Of a stretch of DNA of 64,000 bases, positions 47,908 through 56,444 are shown piece by piece; position 1 is the stretch's first letter, and each line of letters begins with the position of its first letter. The DNA comes from Limnochordia bacterium. GTDB lineage: Bacteria; Bacillota; Limnochordia; DTU080. The DNA lies in contig JBMNJG010000007.1 in assembly GCA_050951545.1 (NCBI GenBank), positions 352,001-416,000 of the forward strand, written 5' to 3'. The position numbers and the translations under genes were made by a program. Under the pieces are notes generated by a model. It ran no database searches. It saw nothing but the letters and a program-made list of their open reading frames with translations, and was not told the origin of the DNA.

Positions 47908-49308
47908 CTAGAAGTGATGGTATACATGCCAGCCCATATAGCGGCCCAGGGCCTCTGTGACGCTACGGCTGATGCTCCCTTGTGTGACGGCGACGTGATG
48001 CTCGAAGCCACTCTCACAGATGTATTTTAGCAGTTGCTGGAGTTTGGCGATGCGAGCCACTCCATACCCGCCAAAGCTGTTTAGCGGATCATTGATGAAC
48101 TCACCCTCGCCTACGTAGGCACCCAGGTTTCCGTAGAGCTCTGAGATACGGGCAAACGTAAATGGTCCCGTAGCGATGCGGCCCTCAACCGTGCCGAATG
48201 CGTTATCTTGGCCGACATCTCGGGCAGCAATGGCTTGGTAGCTCATGCGGGGTGCATCGAAGAAGCTTCTGGGCAGGTTGCTGCAATGGAAGAGAACCGC
48301 TTTGTCAGGCTCATTGCCGTAGTTGTTGTTCCAGTCGACCAAGGCAGAAGGTGCGCCTGTGGCCAGCTGCAGAACGTACATCGTCAGCGCACCCAAGACG
48401 TCGACTTCGCATGCACTCGGCACAAGGCCTTGGCTCAGCATGCTCATCACGGTGCAGGGCGCGATGCCGAAGTAGGTTTCGATGGAGTTCCAGCACTGGA
48501 CGGCGATAGCCACCAGAGACTGAGTCTTTATCCACTGGTCAAGTACAACACTGAACCTTGCCATTTTCTTAAGAGCTGGTTCGGGCACGTCTTTGACTGG
48601 GACATACTCCTTGATAGCTGCTAGCTTTGCTCGTACTGATTCATCTGTATCACTCAGACAATCGGCTTGCCCAAAGGCTTCAGACAGATCGAGCGGTTCG
48701 ACGGAAATGCCGTGCCGCTCGAGAAGCTTCTCGCTGAAGCGCATGGTGTTGAAATTTGCGGGACGGGCCCCTAGTGCACCGATGCGTGCGCCTCGCAACC
48801 CTCGGACTATTCGGCAGACAGCGCTGAACGATTCCAGATCCTGACGAAACTCCGGTGACGAGGGGGCGACAGTGTGCTTCTGTGTCAGGGAGAAAGGTAT
48901 GCCGTACTGCCGTAGACTGTTACAGACCGATATTTTGCCACAGAAGCTGTCGCGCCGCTCCTGAATGCCCATCCTCTCCAACTCGTCAGGGAAGGCATGT
49001 ACCAACACGGGAACGTGTAGACTCGCCATGCGCAGTGTATTGGCCACGGCGCGTTCGTCACCGAAGTTAGGCAGTGTGACCAAGATGCCGTCGATCTCTC
49101 GTCGATGGGCCTCAAAGAGGCTGGCGCACTTGCCCGCATCCTCAAGGGTCTCCACACTTCCAAAGGCAGTCTCCGCGGGTGTCAGAGCAATGGCCTTAAA
49201 CTGCGCTTGCTCAAGAGTAGCCAAGACCTGCGTGCGTCCTGATTCACAAAGATGATCTGGAAAGCATCCCCGGTTGCCGACAATGACTCCGAAGGTGGCT
49301 CGGCTCAT
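47908..49308 (-). CDS. L-fucose/L-arabinose isomerase family protein
   Basis: LPNFGDE, RRDSFCGKISVC, ACEVD, LFHCSN, GFEHHVA. Confidence 0.85.
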   Translation of the reverse strand: MSRATFGVIVGNRGCFPDHLCESGRTQVLATLEQAQFKAIALTPAETAFGSVETLEDAGKCASLFEAHRREIDGILVTLPNFGDERAVANTLRMASLHVPVLVHAFPDELERMGIQERRDSFCGKISVCNSLRQYGIPFSLTQKHTVAPSSPEFRQDLESFSAVCRIVRGLRGARIGALGARPANFNTMRFSEKLLERHGISVEPLDLSEAFGQADCLSDTDESVRAKLAAIKEYVPVKDVPEPALKKMARFSVVLDQWIKTQSLVAIAVQCWNSIETYFGIAPCTVMSMLSQGLVPSACEVDVLGALTMYVLQLATGAPSALVDWNNNYGNEPDKAVLFHCSNLPRSFFDAPRMSYQAIAARDVGQDNAFGTVEGRIATGPFTFARISELYGNLGAYVGEGEFINDPLNSFGGYGVARIAKLQQLLKYICESGFEHHVAVTQGSISRSVTEALGRYMGWHVYHHF

Positions 49309-49362
49309 CCTGATACCTCCCTACTCCCGCGCGTCGTTGGCTGCCGACACGCGTACTCCCCA

Positions 49363-51045
49363 TCAGTGAGCTGTGGTTTCGTCGCGTAGACGTTTGAGTT
49401 TCTTCATGGTGTTGTGGATCCCGCGGCCAAAACTGTCGTGGAGTTGCATGTACTCGGCATACAGAAGCTGGTACACACGGTGGTGATCAGCATTGGGTAC
49501 ATACACATGATCCTTCAGTCTGGCCATAGCAGCTGCGGCCTCGACAATCGTCTCGCAACCGCCCTTGTGCGGACCGGCAGCGACCGCCGCGAACATGGCC
49601 GCTCCAAGGGCGGATGTCTGGGAGGATGCCGCCACTCTCAGTGGCTTACCCGTGACGTCAGCATAGATCTGCATCAGCAATGGGCTGCGTTCAGGAAGTC
49701 CACCGCAGACGTAGAGTTCGTCTACCGCCACTTGGGCATCTTCGAAGGCCTTGATGATCCTGTTGGTGCCAAAGGCGGTCGCCTCAAACAAGGCTCTGTA
49801 GATCTCCTCAGGCTTGGTCATCAGCGTGTAACCCACGATAAGTCCCGACAGATCGGCATCGACTAAGACCGAGCGGTTGCCGTTCCACCAGTCAAGAGCC
49901 AACAAGCCCGATTCCCCGGGTGACAACTCCGACGCTCGTTCCTCGAGCAGTTCATAGACGGAGAGCTCCCTTTGTATGGCCTCTGCCTCATAGAGAGAGG
50001 GAACACCGTTCTCCACGAACCAAGCGAAGATATCGCCCAAGGCAGGTTGACCAGCCTCGTAGCCGTAAAAGCCAGGCACAATGCCATCTGCTACAACGCC
50101 GCACATACCTTCGACTGCCCTTTTTTCCCTGGAGAGAATCATGTGGCAGATGGAGGTGCCCATGACCAAGACCATCTTTCCGGGCGTGACGACGGATGTA
50201 GCAGGGACCGCTACATGTGCATCTATGTGCCCCGCCGCGATAGCAATACCCGCTGGCAAACCCAGCTTCTCGGCCCATTCACGGCTCAGACTCCCGATGC
50301 GTGTGCCTGGGGGAACGATGTGTGTGGACATGCGCGTGGCTACTATGTCTTTCAGCCGTGGGTCGAGGGTGGCCAGGAAATCCGATGAGGGAAAGCCAGT
50401 CTCTTTGTTCCACAACGCCTTGTAGCCAGCGGTGCAGGCGTTCCGCGACTCGGTGCCACTGAGTTGCCAGACTATCCAGTCTGCTGCTTCTATCAAGCGC
50501 TCGGTGGCCTCATAGATGCCGGGTGCCTCATCGAGAATCTGCCAAGCTTTTGGGAAGAACCACTCAGAGGAGATCTTGCCGCCATAGTACGGTAGGAAGG
50601 AGTCTTTCAGCTGCAAAGCAGCGGCGTTGAGAGCGGTAGCTTCGGGCTGCGCAGCGTGATGCTTCCATAGCTTCACCCAGGAATGAGGGTTTGGTCTGAA
50701 GCGGTTGTCCCAGCACAGGGGCCGGCCTTGTTTGTCTGTGGGCAAGATCGTACAGGCTGTAAAATCCGTCCCTATGCCAATGATCTGCTCAGGCTCTATG
50801 CCAGACTCGGCTAGGGTGGCTGGAATGGTCTGTTCAAGCGTGCGCAGATAGTCACTAGGGTCTTGGAGCGCGAAATCGGGAGGAAGCAGCGGGCCGCCCT
50901 CTGGCAACCTCTCATCGATGACCCCATGCGGGTATCGGTAGACCGATGATGCAATTTCATTGCCGTTAGTGACATCCACCAGAACCGCTCGGCCCGACTC
51001 TGTACCGAAATCCACACCTATCGTGTACGGACCTGCCAATGCCAT
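49363..51045 (-). CDS. araB: Ribulokinase
   Basis: IGVDFGTESGR, WVKLWKHHAAQ, YGGKISSEW, LDWWNGNRS. Confidence 0.9.
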   Translation of the reverse strand: MALAGPYTIGVDFGTESGRAVLVDVTNGNEIASSVYRYPHGVIDERLPEGGPLLPPDFALQDPSDYLRTLEQTIPATLAESGIEPEQIIGIGTDFTACTILPTDKQGRPLCWDNRFRPNPHSWVKLWKHHAAQPEATALNAAALQLKDSFLPYYGGKISSEWFFPKAWQILDEAPGIYEATERLIEAADWIVWQLSGTESRNACTAGYKALWNKETGFPSSDFLATLDPRLKDIVATRMSTHIVPPGTRIGSLSREWAEKLGLPAGIAIAAGHIDAHVAVPATSVVTPGKMVLVMGTSICHMILSREKRAVEGMCGVVADGIVPGFYGYEAGQPALGDIFAWFVENGVPSLYEAEAIQRELSVYELLEERASELSPGESGLLALDWWNGNRSVLVDADLSGLIVGYTLMTKPEEIYRALFEATAFGTNRIIKAFEDAQVAVDELYVCGGLPERSPLLMQIYADVTGKPLRVAASSQTSALGAAMFAAVAAGPHKGGCETIVEAAAAMARLKDHVYVPNADHHRVYQLLYAEYMQLHDSFGRGIHNTMKKLKRLRDETTAH

Positions 51046-51272
51046 CCCCCCCTGTCAATCACTCTCCGCTGTGCCAGCGATGGGTCCTGACATCGGCTAA
51101 GGCTTTCGACAAGACTGCCAACACTCCTGTTTGTCTGTAGATGGGGGCACTCAGGGTGCCACCGCACGTTCTGACCAGAGTGTTGTAGGAAGGACGTGGC
51201 CTCATGTAGAACCCAATGCAGGTCGCGTATACTTCGGCCGATGTTGATGGATTGTGATCGGGGGTATCTCTG

Positions 51273-52433
51273 ATGGAAGAGAAAGTGCTGGCGATCAAGG
51301 CGGCGTGTGTGATCACTCCTTTTGAAGAGCTGCGGCCGGGGATTGTACTTGTGCAAGGTGGCAAAGTCCTGATGGTGGGTCGCCTCGACCATGTAGCCAT
51401 ACCACACGATGCACAGGTGCTGGATGTGGGCGAGCGCATACTGGCTCCGGGTTTCGTGGATCTGCATATCCACGGTGCTGTTGGGCATCTGGCCAGCGAA
51501 GGCTCGGAAGCGGTTTTGGAAATAGCGCGCTATTTGGTGTCCACAGGCACCACAAGCTGGTTGCCGACTGTTGGTAGCATGCCGGGCGTGCTTGGGGTGG
51601 TGAAAGCTAGGCAGATGCAGCAGGAGGGCGCCTGTATCGCAGGTATTCACATGGAGGGTCCCTATCTCGCGCCCAAGCAACTGCCCCATGACAAGGCCGT
51701 GGAGCCGCCAGTCCCGACGGTGGAGGAGTTCCACTCTTTCCTAGAAGCAGCGCAAGGTCATCTCAGGATCATGGGTGTGGCACCCGAACTGGAGAATTCC
51801 CATAGGGTAGTTGGAGCCATGCGGCGGGCAGGAGTCGCTCCTGCTGTGGCCCACAGCAAGGCTGACTATGACACCTTTATGCGGGCTGTGGCCGCTGGTA
51901 TCCGTCATACGACACATGCCTACAACGTAATGACCGGGATGCATCATCGCAGACCCGGTATTGTGGGCGGCGTGCTGACCTGTGATCAACTCACAGCAGA
52001 GCTTATCGCGGATGGCTTCCACGTCCATCCGGTGGCGATGGATGTTCTCATTCGCTGCAAAGGGCCAGAGCGTGTAGCCCTGATAACAGACAGTGTGCGT
52101 TACCAGGGGCTGCCTGACGGGGACTACGGTCGAGTGGTTAAAGAGGGCGGCATTGTGCGTCTCAGGGGCTACGACAGTTCGGTAGATAACACGATGGCCG
52201 GTAGTGTCTGGCCTCTTAATCGTGGAGTGGCCAATGTAGCCCAACTTGGAGGCGTCAAGCTTCGTGATGCTATCCGCATGGCTTCGCTCACTCCGGCCAC
52301 GATTGCCGGCATCGCAGATCAGAAGGGGAGCATCGAGCCCGGCAAGGACGCTGACCTGACGGTCATCGATGAGCAGGTGCGGATCTACATGACTATCGTC
52401 GGCGGCACAGTGGTGTACGAGGCAGGCGCGTAG
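51273..52433 (+). CDS. nagA: N-acetylglucosamine-6-phosphate deacetylase family
   Basis: PGFVDLHIHG, GIHMEGP, THAYNVM, IADGFHVHP, LITD, MAGS, GKDADL. Confidence 0.85.
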   Translation: MEEKVLAIKAACVITPFEELRPGIVLVQGGKVLMVGRLDHVAIPHDAQVLDVGERILAPGFVDLHIHGAVGHLASEGSEAVLEIARYLVSTGTTSWLPTVGSMPGVLGVVKARQMQQEGACIAGIHMEGPYLAPKQLPHDKAVEPPVPTVEEFHSFLEAAQGHLRIMGVAPELENSHRVVGAMRRAGVAPAVAHSKADYDTFMRAVAAGIRHTTHAYNVMTGMHHRRPGIVGGVLTCDQLTAELIADGFHVHPVAMDVLIRCKGPERVALITDSVRYQGLPDGDYGRVVKEGGIVRLRGYDSSVDNTMAGSVWPLNRGVANVAQLGGVKLRDAIRMASLTPATIAGIADQKGSIEPGKDADLTVIDEQVRIYMTIVGGTVVYEAGA

Positions 52434-52490
52434 GCGTCTTCCTCCAGAAAAATCGGAGGCTGCCGACACGCGTACTCCAACAAAAGGTGG

Positions 52491-53444
52491 GTGCAGAGGT
52501 TGCAGCAGTGGTTGGCGATTGACATAGGTGGAACAAAGGTGGCAGGTGCTCTTGTCGGCGAGAACGGAGAGGTCTGCCACGCATGCAGTGAGCCGACGAA
52601 AGCGGCCGGAAATGCGCAGATGTCTGCGCAGCTGCAAGCACTCGCACGACGAGTATGCGCGGACGCGGCAGTCCCTGTAGAGGCGGTTGCAGGAGTCGGT
52701 GTGGCCGTACCCGGAGGCGTTAATAGGGAAAAGGGGATTGCGTCAGGTGGGGTTAACCTCGGCATTCGGTACCTGCCTGTGGCCGACATCTTCGCTGAGT
52801 TGACTTCTGCGCCTGTGGCCCTCGAGAACGACACCAATGCGGGCGCGCTGGGGGAGAAATGGTTTGGCGGCGGACGCGGGGTGGATGACTTTGCCTATAT
52901 GGCTGTCGGCACCGGGGTTGGTGGCGGGCTGATCTTGGGCGGACGTCTTTACTTAGGCAGTAGGGGCGCCGCAGGCGAAGTGGGACACTGTATAGTCGAT
53001 CCCAACGGTTTGCGCTGTCGGTGCGGAACGGTCGGTTGCCTAGAAGGCATGACCTCGGGCGTAGGGATGCCTCTTCTGGCCGCGAAGCTTCTAGGGGAGC
53101 AGCAGGCGCGTCTCTTGGGTAAGGGCGAGTTGCCGCAGCCTCCTCTTATCTATGCCGCCGCGGCCGCTGGTGACGCCGGGGCTTCTCGCGTGGTGGTCGA
53201 GGTGGGAAGGCTCTTGGCCGTGTCTGTCGTCGGCCTGTTTCGCTTACTGGACGTCGAGCGAGTGATTGTGGGGGGCGGAGTGGCTAGCGTGGGCCCAGTT
53301 TTCCTGGATGCGATCTATAAGGGAGCGGCTGCTCTTGGCTATGACCGTCTCAGTGATGGGGCAGTGATCCTGTCTCCGCTTGGATCAAAAGCAAACCTAC
53401 TGGGCGCGGCAGCAGTGGTCCGAGAGAAAGCTTCTAGGAGATAA
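52491..53444 (+). CDS. ROK family sugar kinase
   Basis: IDIGGTK, ENDTNA, GTGVGGG, GEVGH, CRCGTVGCLE. Confidence 0.9.
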   Translation: MQRLQQWLAIDIGGTKVAGALVGENGEVCHACSEPTKAAGNAQMSAQLQALARRVCADAAVPVEAVAGVGVAVPGGVNREKGIASGGVNLGIRYLPVADIFAELTSAPVALENDTNAGALGEKWFGGGRGVDDFAYMAVGTGVGGGLILGGRLYLGSRGAAGEVGHCIVDPNGLRCRCGTVGCLEGMTSGVGMPLLAAKLLGEQQARLLGKGELPQPPLIYAAAAAGDAGASRVVVEVGRLLAVSVVGLFRLLDVERVIVGGGVASVGPVFLDAIYKGAAALGYDRLSDGAVILSPLGSKANLLGAAAVVREKASRR

Positions 53445-53489
53445 GAAAAACGGGGGTGCCATGTGTGGCGCCCCCACTGTTACTTAGCC

Positions 53490-54101
53490 CTACTTCACGA
53501 TCGTCACTTTGGTCATCTGATCGCCAACCCGTATCTCGTCCACGACATCCAGTCCGCTGGTCACTTTGCCGAACACTGCGTACTGACCATCGAGCCCGGA
53601 CGCATCCTCTCGCAGGATGTAAAACTGGGAACCTGCGGAGTCAGGATCGCTCTTGCGCGCCATGGCGAGAGCACCGCGCACGTTCTTCAGCTGTGGACTC
53701 GTCTCTAACTTGATGGTGTAGCCCGGCCCTCCGGTACCTGTGCCAAGCGGATCACCGCCCTGGATCACCCAGTCTTCAACGCGGTGAAACTTGAGCCCGT
53801 CGTAGAAGCCGTTTTCGGCTAACTTAACAAAGTTGGCCACCGTTACTGGCATCAGATCAGCTTGCAGGTCGAGTTCAATCTTTCCCTTACTAGACTCAAT
53901 CGTAGCGCGGATGGTACCAGCCTGTTTCACTGAAGCGACCTCCTGCTCCGTTGGTGGAGTACGCGCAGCACTTGAATCTGGCATGCCAATGTCGGGAGGA
54001 GGAGGGCTCGGTCGGCGCATGTTGACGATGACGGCAATGAGCACTACCAGAACCGCTGCCACTGCGACAATCACGGCTAGCTTCTTTCTGTCCATGGTCA
54101 T
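53490..54101 (-). CDS. Membrane-anchored cyclophilin-type peptidyl-prolyl isomerase
   Basis: N-terminal TM helix; FYDGLKFHRV...IQGGDP...GALAMAR...SAGSQFYI...LDGQYAVFGKV. Confidence 0.92.
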   Translation of the reverse strand: MTMDRKKLAVIVAVAAVLVVLIAVIVNMRRPSPPPPDIGMPDSSAARTPPTEQEVASVKQAGTIRATIESSKGKIELDLQADLMPVTVANFVKLAENGFYDGLKFHRVEDWVIQGGDPLGTGTGGPGYTIKLETSPQLKNVRGALAMARKSDPDSAGSQFYILREDASGLDGQYAVFGKVTSGLDVVDEIRVGDQMTKVTIVK

Positions 54102-54116
54102 CCCTCCAAGACACCG

Positions 54117-55457
54117 TCAGTTTCCTGACGCTCGCTTTTCGAAAAAGGACATCGCCACCTGCGGAAATAGGACATAACTCAATATATCTTGTTCTTGGCG
54201 AGCATACTCTTTGATCTCCTGACGGGCGCTCTCCATCTGAGGCTCTAGCTGATCGGCGGGTCTACCCGTGAAGACTTCTTCATCGCCGATGATCTTCTTG
54301 CGTATCTCGTCGGAGATGGGGGCTGGGGAACGGCCATACAGACCGCGTACGTAGTCTCGGATCTCCTTCGAACAGATAGAGTAGCGGCCACCCGATGCTA
54401 CGTTGAGCACAGCTTGCGTGCCGACGATTTGGCTCATGGGCGTCACCAAGGGAGGGTAGCCCAAGTCGGCGCGGACGCGCGGTACTTCGTCGAAGACTTC
54501 CTGCAGCTTGTCAGACAGGCCTTGCTGTTTGAGTTGCGAGCGCAGGTTGGAGAGCATACCACCGGGCACTTGGTAGGTGAGGATCTCAGTCTGCACCTGC
54601 ACAGGGGCGGCGAAATCTGCATATCGTTCGCGCACTGCGGTAAAGTGCTGGTTGAGCTCAGTGAGCAGGCTGAGATCAAGGCCCGTATCGTAGGGTGTGC
54701 CCCTCAAGGCTGCTACCAGCGGTTCGGTAGGCGGTTGCGAACTGCCCAGGGCCAAGCTGGAGAGTGCCGTGTCTACGATGTCAACTCCAGCTTCGATAGC
54801 CTTGAGATAGGACATGGAGCCCATACCGCTTGTGTAATGAGTGTGCAGAGCAATAGGCAGATCAAAATTCGCTTTGAGCTGTGTAACCAATTCTGATGCT
54901 CCGTAGGGGTCAATAAGACCCGCCATGTCTTTGATGCAGATCGAGTGGACACCCTCTGCTTTCAGTTCCTCTGCGATCTTGAGGTAATGCTCGACGTTAT
55001 GTACGGGGCTCTTCGTATAGCATATGGCGCCCTGAGCGTGAGCTCCGTATTCCAGGGTAGCGGCTATGGCCGTGCGCATATTGCGGACGTCGTTAAGAGC
55101 GTCAAAGATGCGAACGATACGAATGCCGTCTTGTACGGCGTACTTGACGAAAGCCTTCACTACATCGTCTGGGTAGTGGCGGTAGCCCAGCAAGTTTTGC
55201 CCGCGTAGAAGCATCTGCAAAGGAGTATTGCGCACTCGCACCCTGAGGCTACGCAGTCTTTCCCAGGGGCATTCATTGAGAAAACGCAGGGCTGTATCAA
55301 AGGTAGCTCCGCCCCATGCTTCGAGAGAGTAGTAGCCCACATGATCGAGTTTCTCGGCAACGCACAGCATGTCGTCAGTTCGCATGCGCGTGGCGAGCAG
55401 CGACTGGTGAGCGTCCCGTAATACGGTCTCCGTAATAGCTACGTGGCCTTTGGTCAT
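54117..55457 (-). CDS. oadA: Oxaloacetate decarboxylase alpha / carboxyltransferase (5S-like) subunit
   Basis: LRDAHQSLLATR, EAWGGATFD, CIKDMAG, HTH, YQVPGGM, GYPPLVTPMSQIVG; no fused biotin domain. Confidence 0.85.
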   Translation of the reverse strand: MTKGHVAITETVLRDAHQSLLATRMRTDDMLCVAEKLDHVGYYSLEAWGGATFDTALRFLNECPWERLRSLRVRVRNTPLQMLLRGQNLLGYRHYPDDVVKAFVKYAVQDGIRIVRIFDALNDVRNMRTAIAATLEYGAHAQGAICYTKSPVHNVEHYLKIAEELKAEGVHSICIKDMAGLIDPYGASELVTQLKANFDLPIALHTHYTSGMGSMSYLKAIEAGVDIVDTALSSLALGSSQPPTEPLVAALRGTPYDTGLDLSLLTELNQHFTAVRERYADFAAPVQVQTEILTYQVPGGMLSNLRSQLKQQGLSDKLQEVFDEVPRVRADLGYPPLVTPMSQIVGTQAVLNVASGGRYSICSKEIRDYVRGLYGRSPAPISDEIRKKIIGDEEVFTGRPADQLEPQMESARQEIKEYARQEQDILSYVLFPQVAMSFFEKRASGN

Positions 55458-55494
55458 CAGCTTACCCGCTCCTCTGTAAATCCTTCCACGAGTA

Positions 55495-55890
55495 CTACTC
55501 CTTGACTGTGACCAAGACTGTGCCAGTGTTGGCAACCGTCCCCTCTTGAGCGAAGACGCCTGTTACCACACCCGCGACGGGGGAAACTATCTCATTCTCC
55601 AACTTGAGTGCTTCGATAGTCAGCAGCACTTGGCCTCGGGTCACTTCATCACCCGGCTTGACGAGAACGCGCAACACCTGGCCTGTTAGCGGAGCCTTTA
55701 CTTCTACACCGTCAGCGAGGCCCTGGTCAGCGATCGCTGTTTGTGGAGCTTCCTGAGCAACAGGCGGCGCTGGCTGCGCACCGTCTTGCTCGTCGGACAG
55801 ATCGACTACGGAGAGCTGCCCATTTCCTGCAAGCTCCTGCACCTCGACGACGAATTGCTTTCCGTTGACGCTAACCTGATATCTTTTCAA
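55495..55890 (-). CDS. Biotin carboxyl carrier protein
   Basis: YQVSVNGK, VKAPLTG, IEALKLENEI (variant of EAMKM). Confidence 0.85.
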   Translation of the reverse strand: MKRYQVSVNGKQFVVEVQELAGNGQLSVVDLSDEQDGAQPAPPVAQEAPQTAIADQGLADGVEVKAPLTGQVLRVLVKPGDEVTRGQVLLTIEALKLENEIVSPVAGVVTGVFAQEGTVANTGTVLVTVKE

Positions 55891-56149
55891 TCCGGATACG
55901 CCCTCCCTGTTTGGTGCCCACCGCGCCCATAGCGGTTAGCGTGGCCATAATGGCGGCCACTTCTTCATCATGTGTGCTGGACACGGTGGCTAGATCATCT
56001 GTAGCAGGTCTGGAGACTGAGCCTTCGTCCTCGCTTCGGGCAGTGAACCACGTAAGCAGGCTGATGGCACCTCGCAGCAAGGCCAAGGCGACAAACGTGG
56101 TGATAATACCCGTAAGGGAAAGGCGCAGAGCGGCAATCATAGTGTTCAT
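55871..56149 (-). CDS. OadG-like gamma subunit
   Basis: Single TM (TGIITTFVALALL), linker, EEVAAIMATL; directly upstream of the biotin carrier and oadA. Confidence 0.7.
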   Translation of the reverse strand: MNTMIAALRLSLTGIITTFVALALLRGAISLLTWFTARSEDEGSVSRPATDDLATVSSTHDEEVAAIMATLTAMGAVGTKQGGRIRIEKISG

Positions 56150-56316
56150 GAGGCGCTGGCCGAGCTCTCTCACTCCGCCAGCGGCTTCACCTCCTTGGCG
56201 AGACTCCCTGCGTTGCACAATCGGCGTGAGCCTCCTGCAATACAGTATACCTCATCCTCGGTGATTTCCAGGGAGTAATGTCCCACAGTAGGCTACCATG
56301 CTTCGCTCCCCGCGGG

Positions 56317-56343
56317 ACACATCAAAGGCACTGGCCATATCAT
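56317..56343 (+). promoter_or_regulatory. Mother-cell (sigmaK/sigmaE-like) promoter of the ligase operon
   Basis: ACA-16 nt-CATATCAT. Confidence 0.45.
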
Positions 56344-56444
56344 GTGCAGTGAACGGCACTTGGTTCCTAGGATCCGGATACGCCTTCTAGCCACAGCTTC
56401 CCTATCGATGATCATCGTCGAAGTATTCCCAGAGGAGATTGCTC

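Noticed and set aside
51741-52637. 298-aa minus-strand ORF and similar long antisense ORFs (51018-51734, 28553-29209)
   Set aside because: They lie antisense to well-supported genes and have no recognisable motifs.
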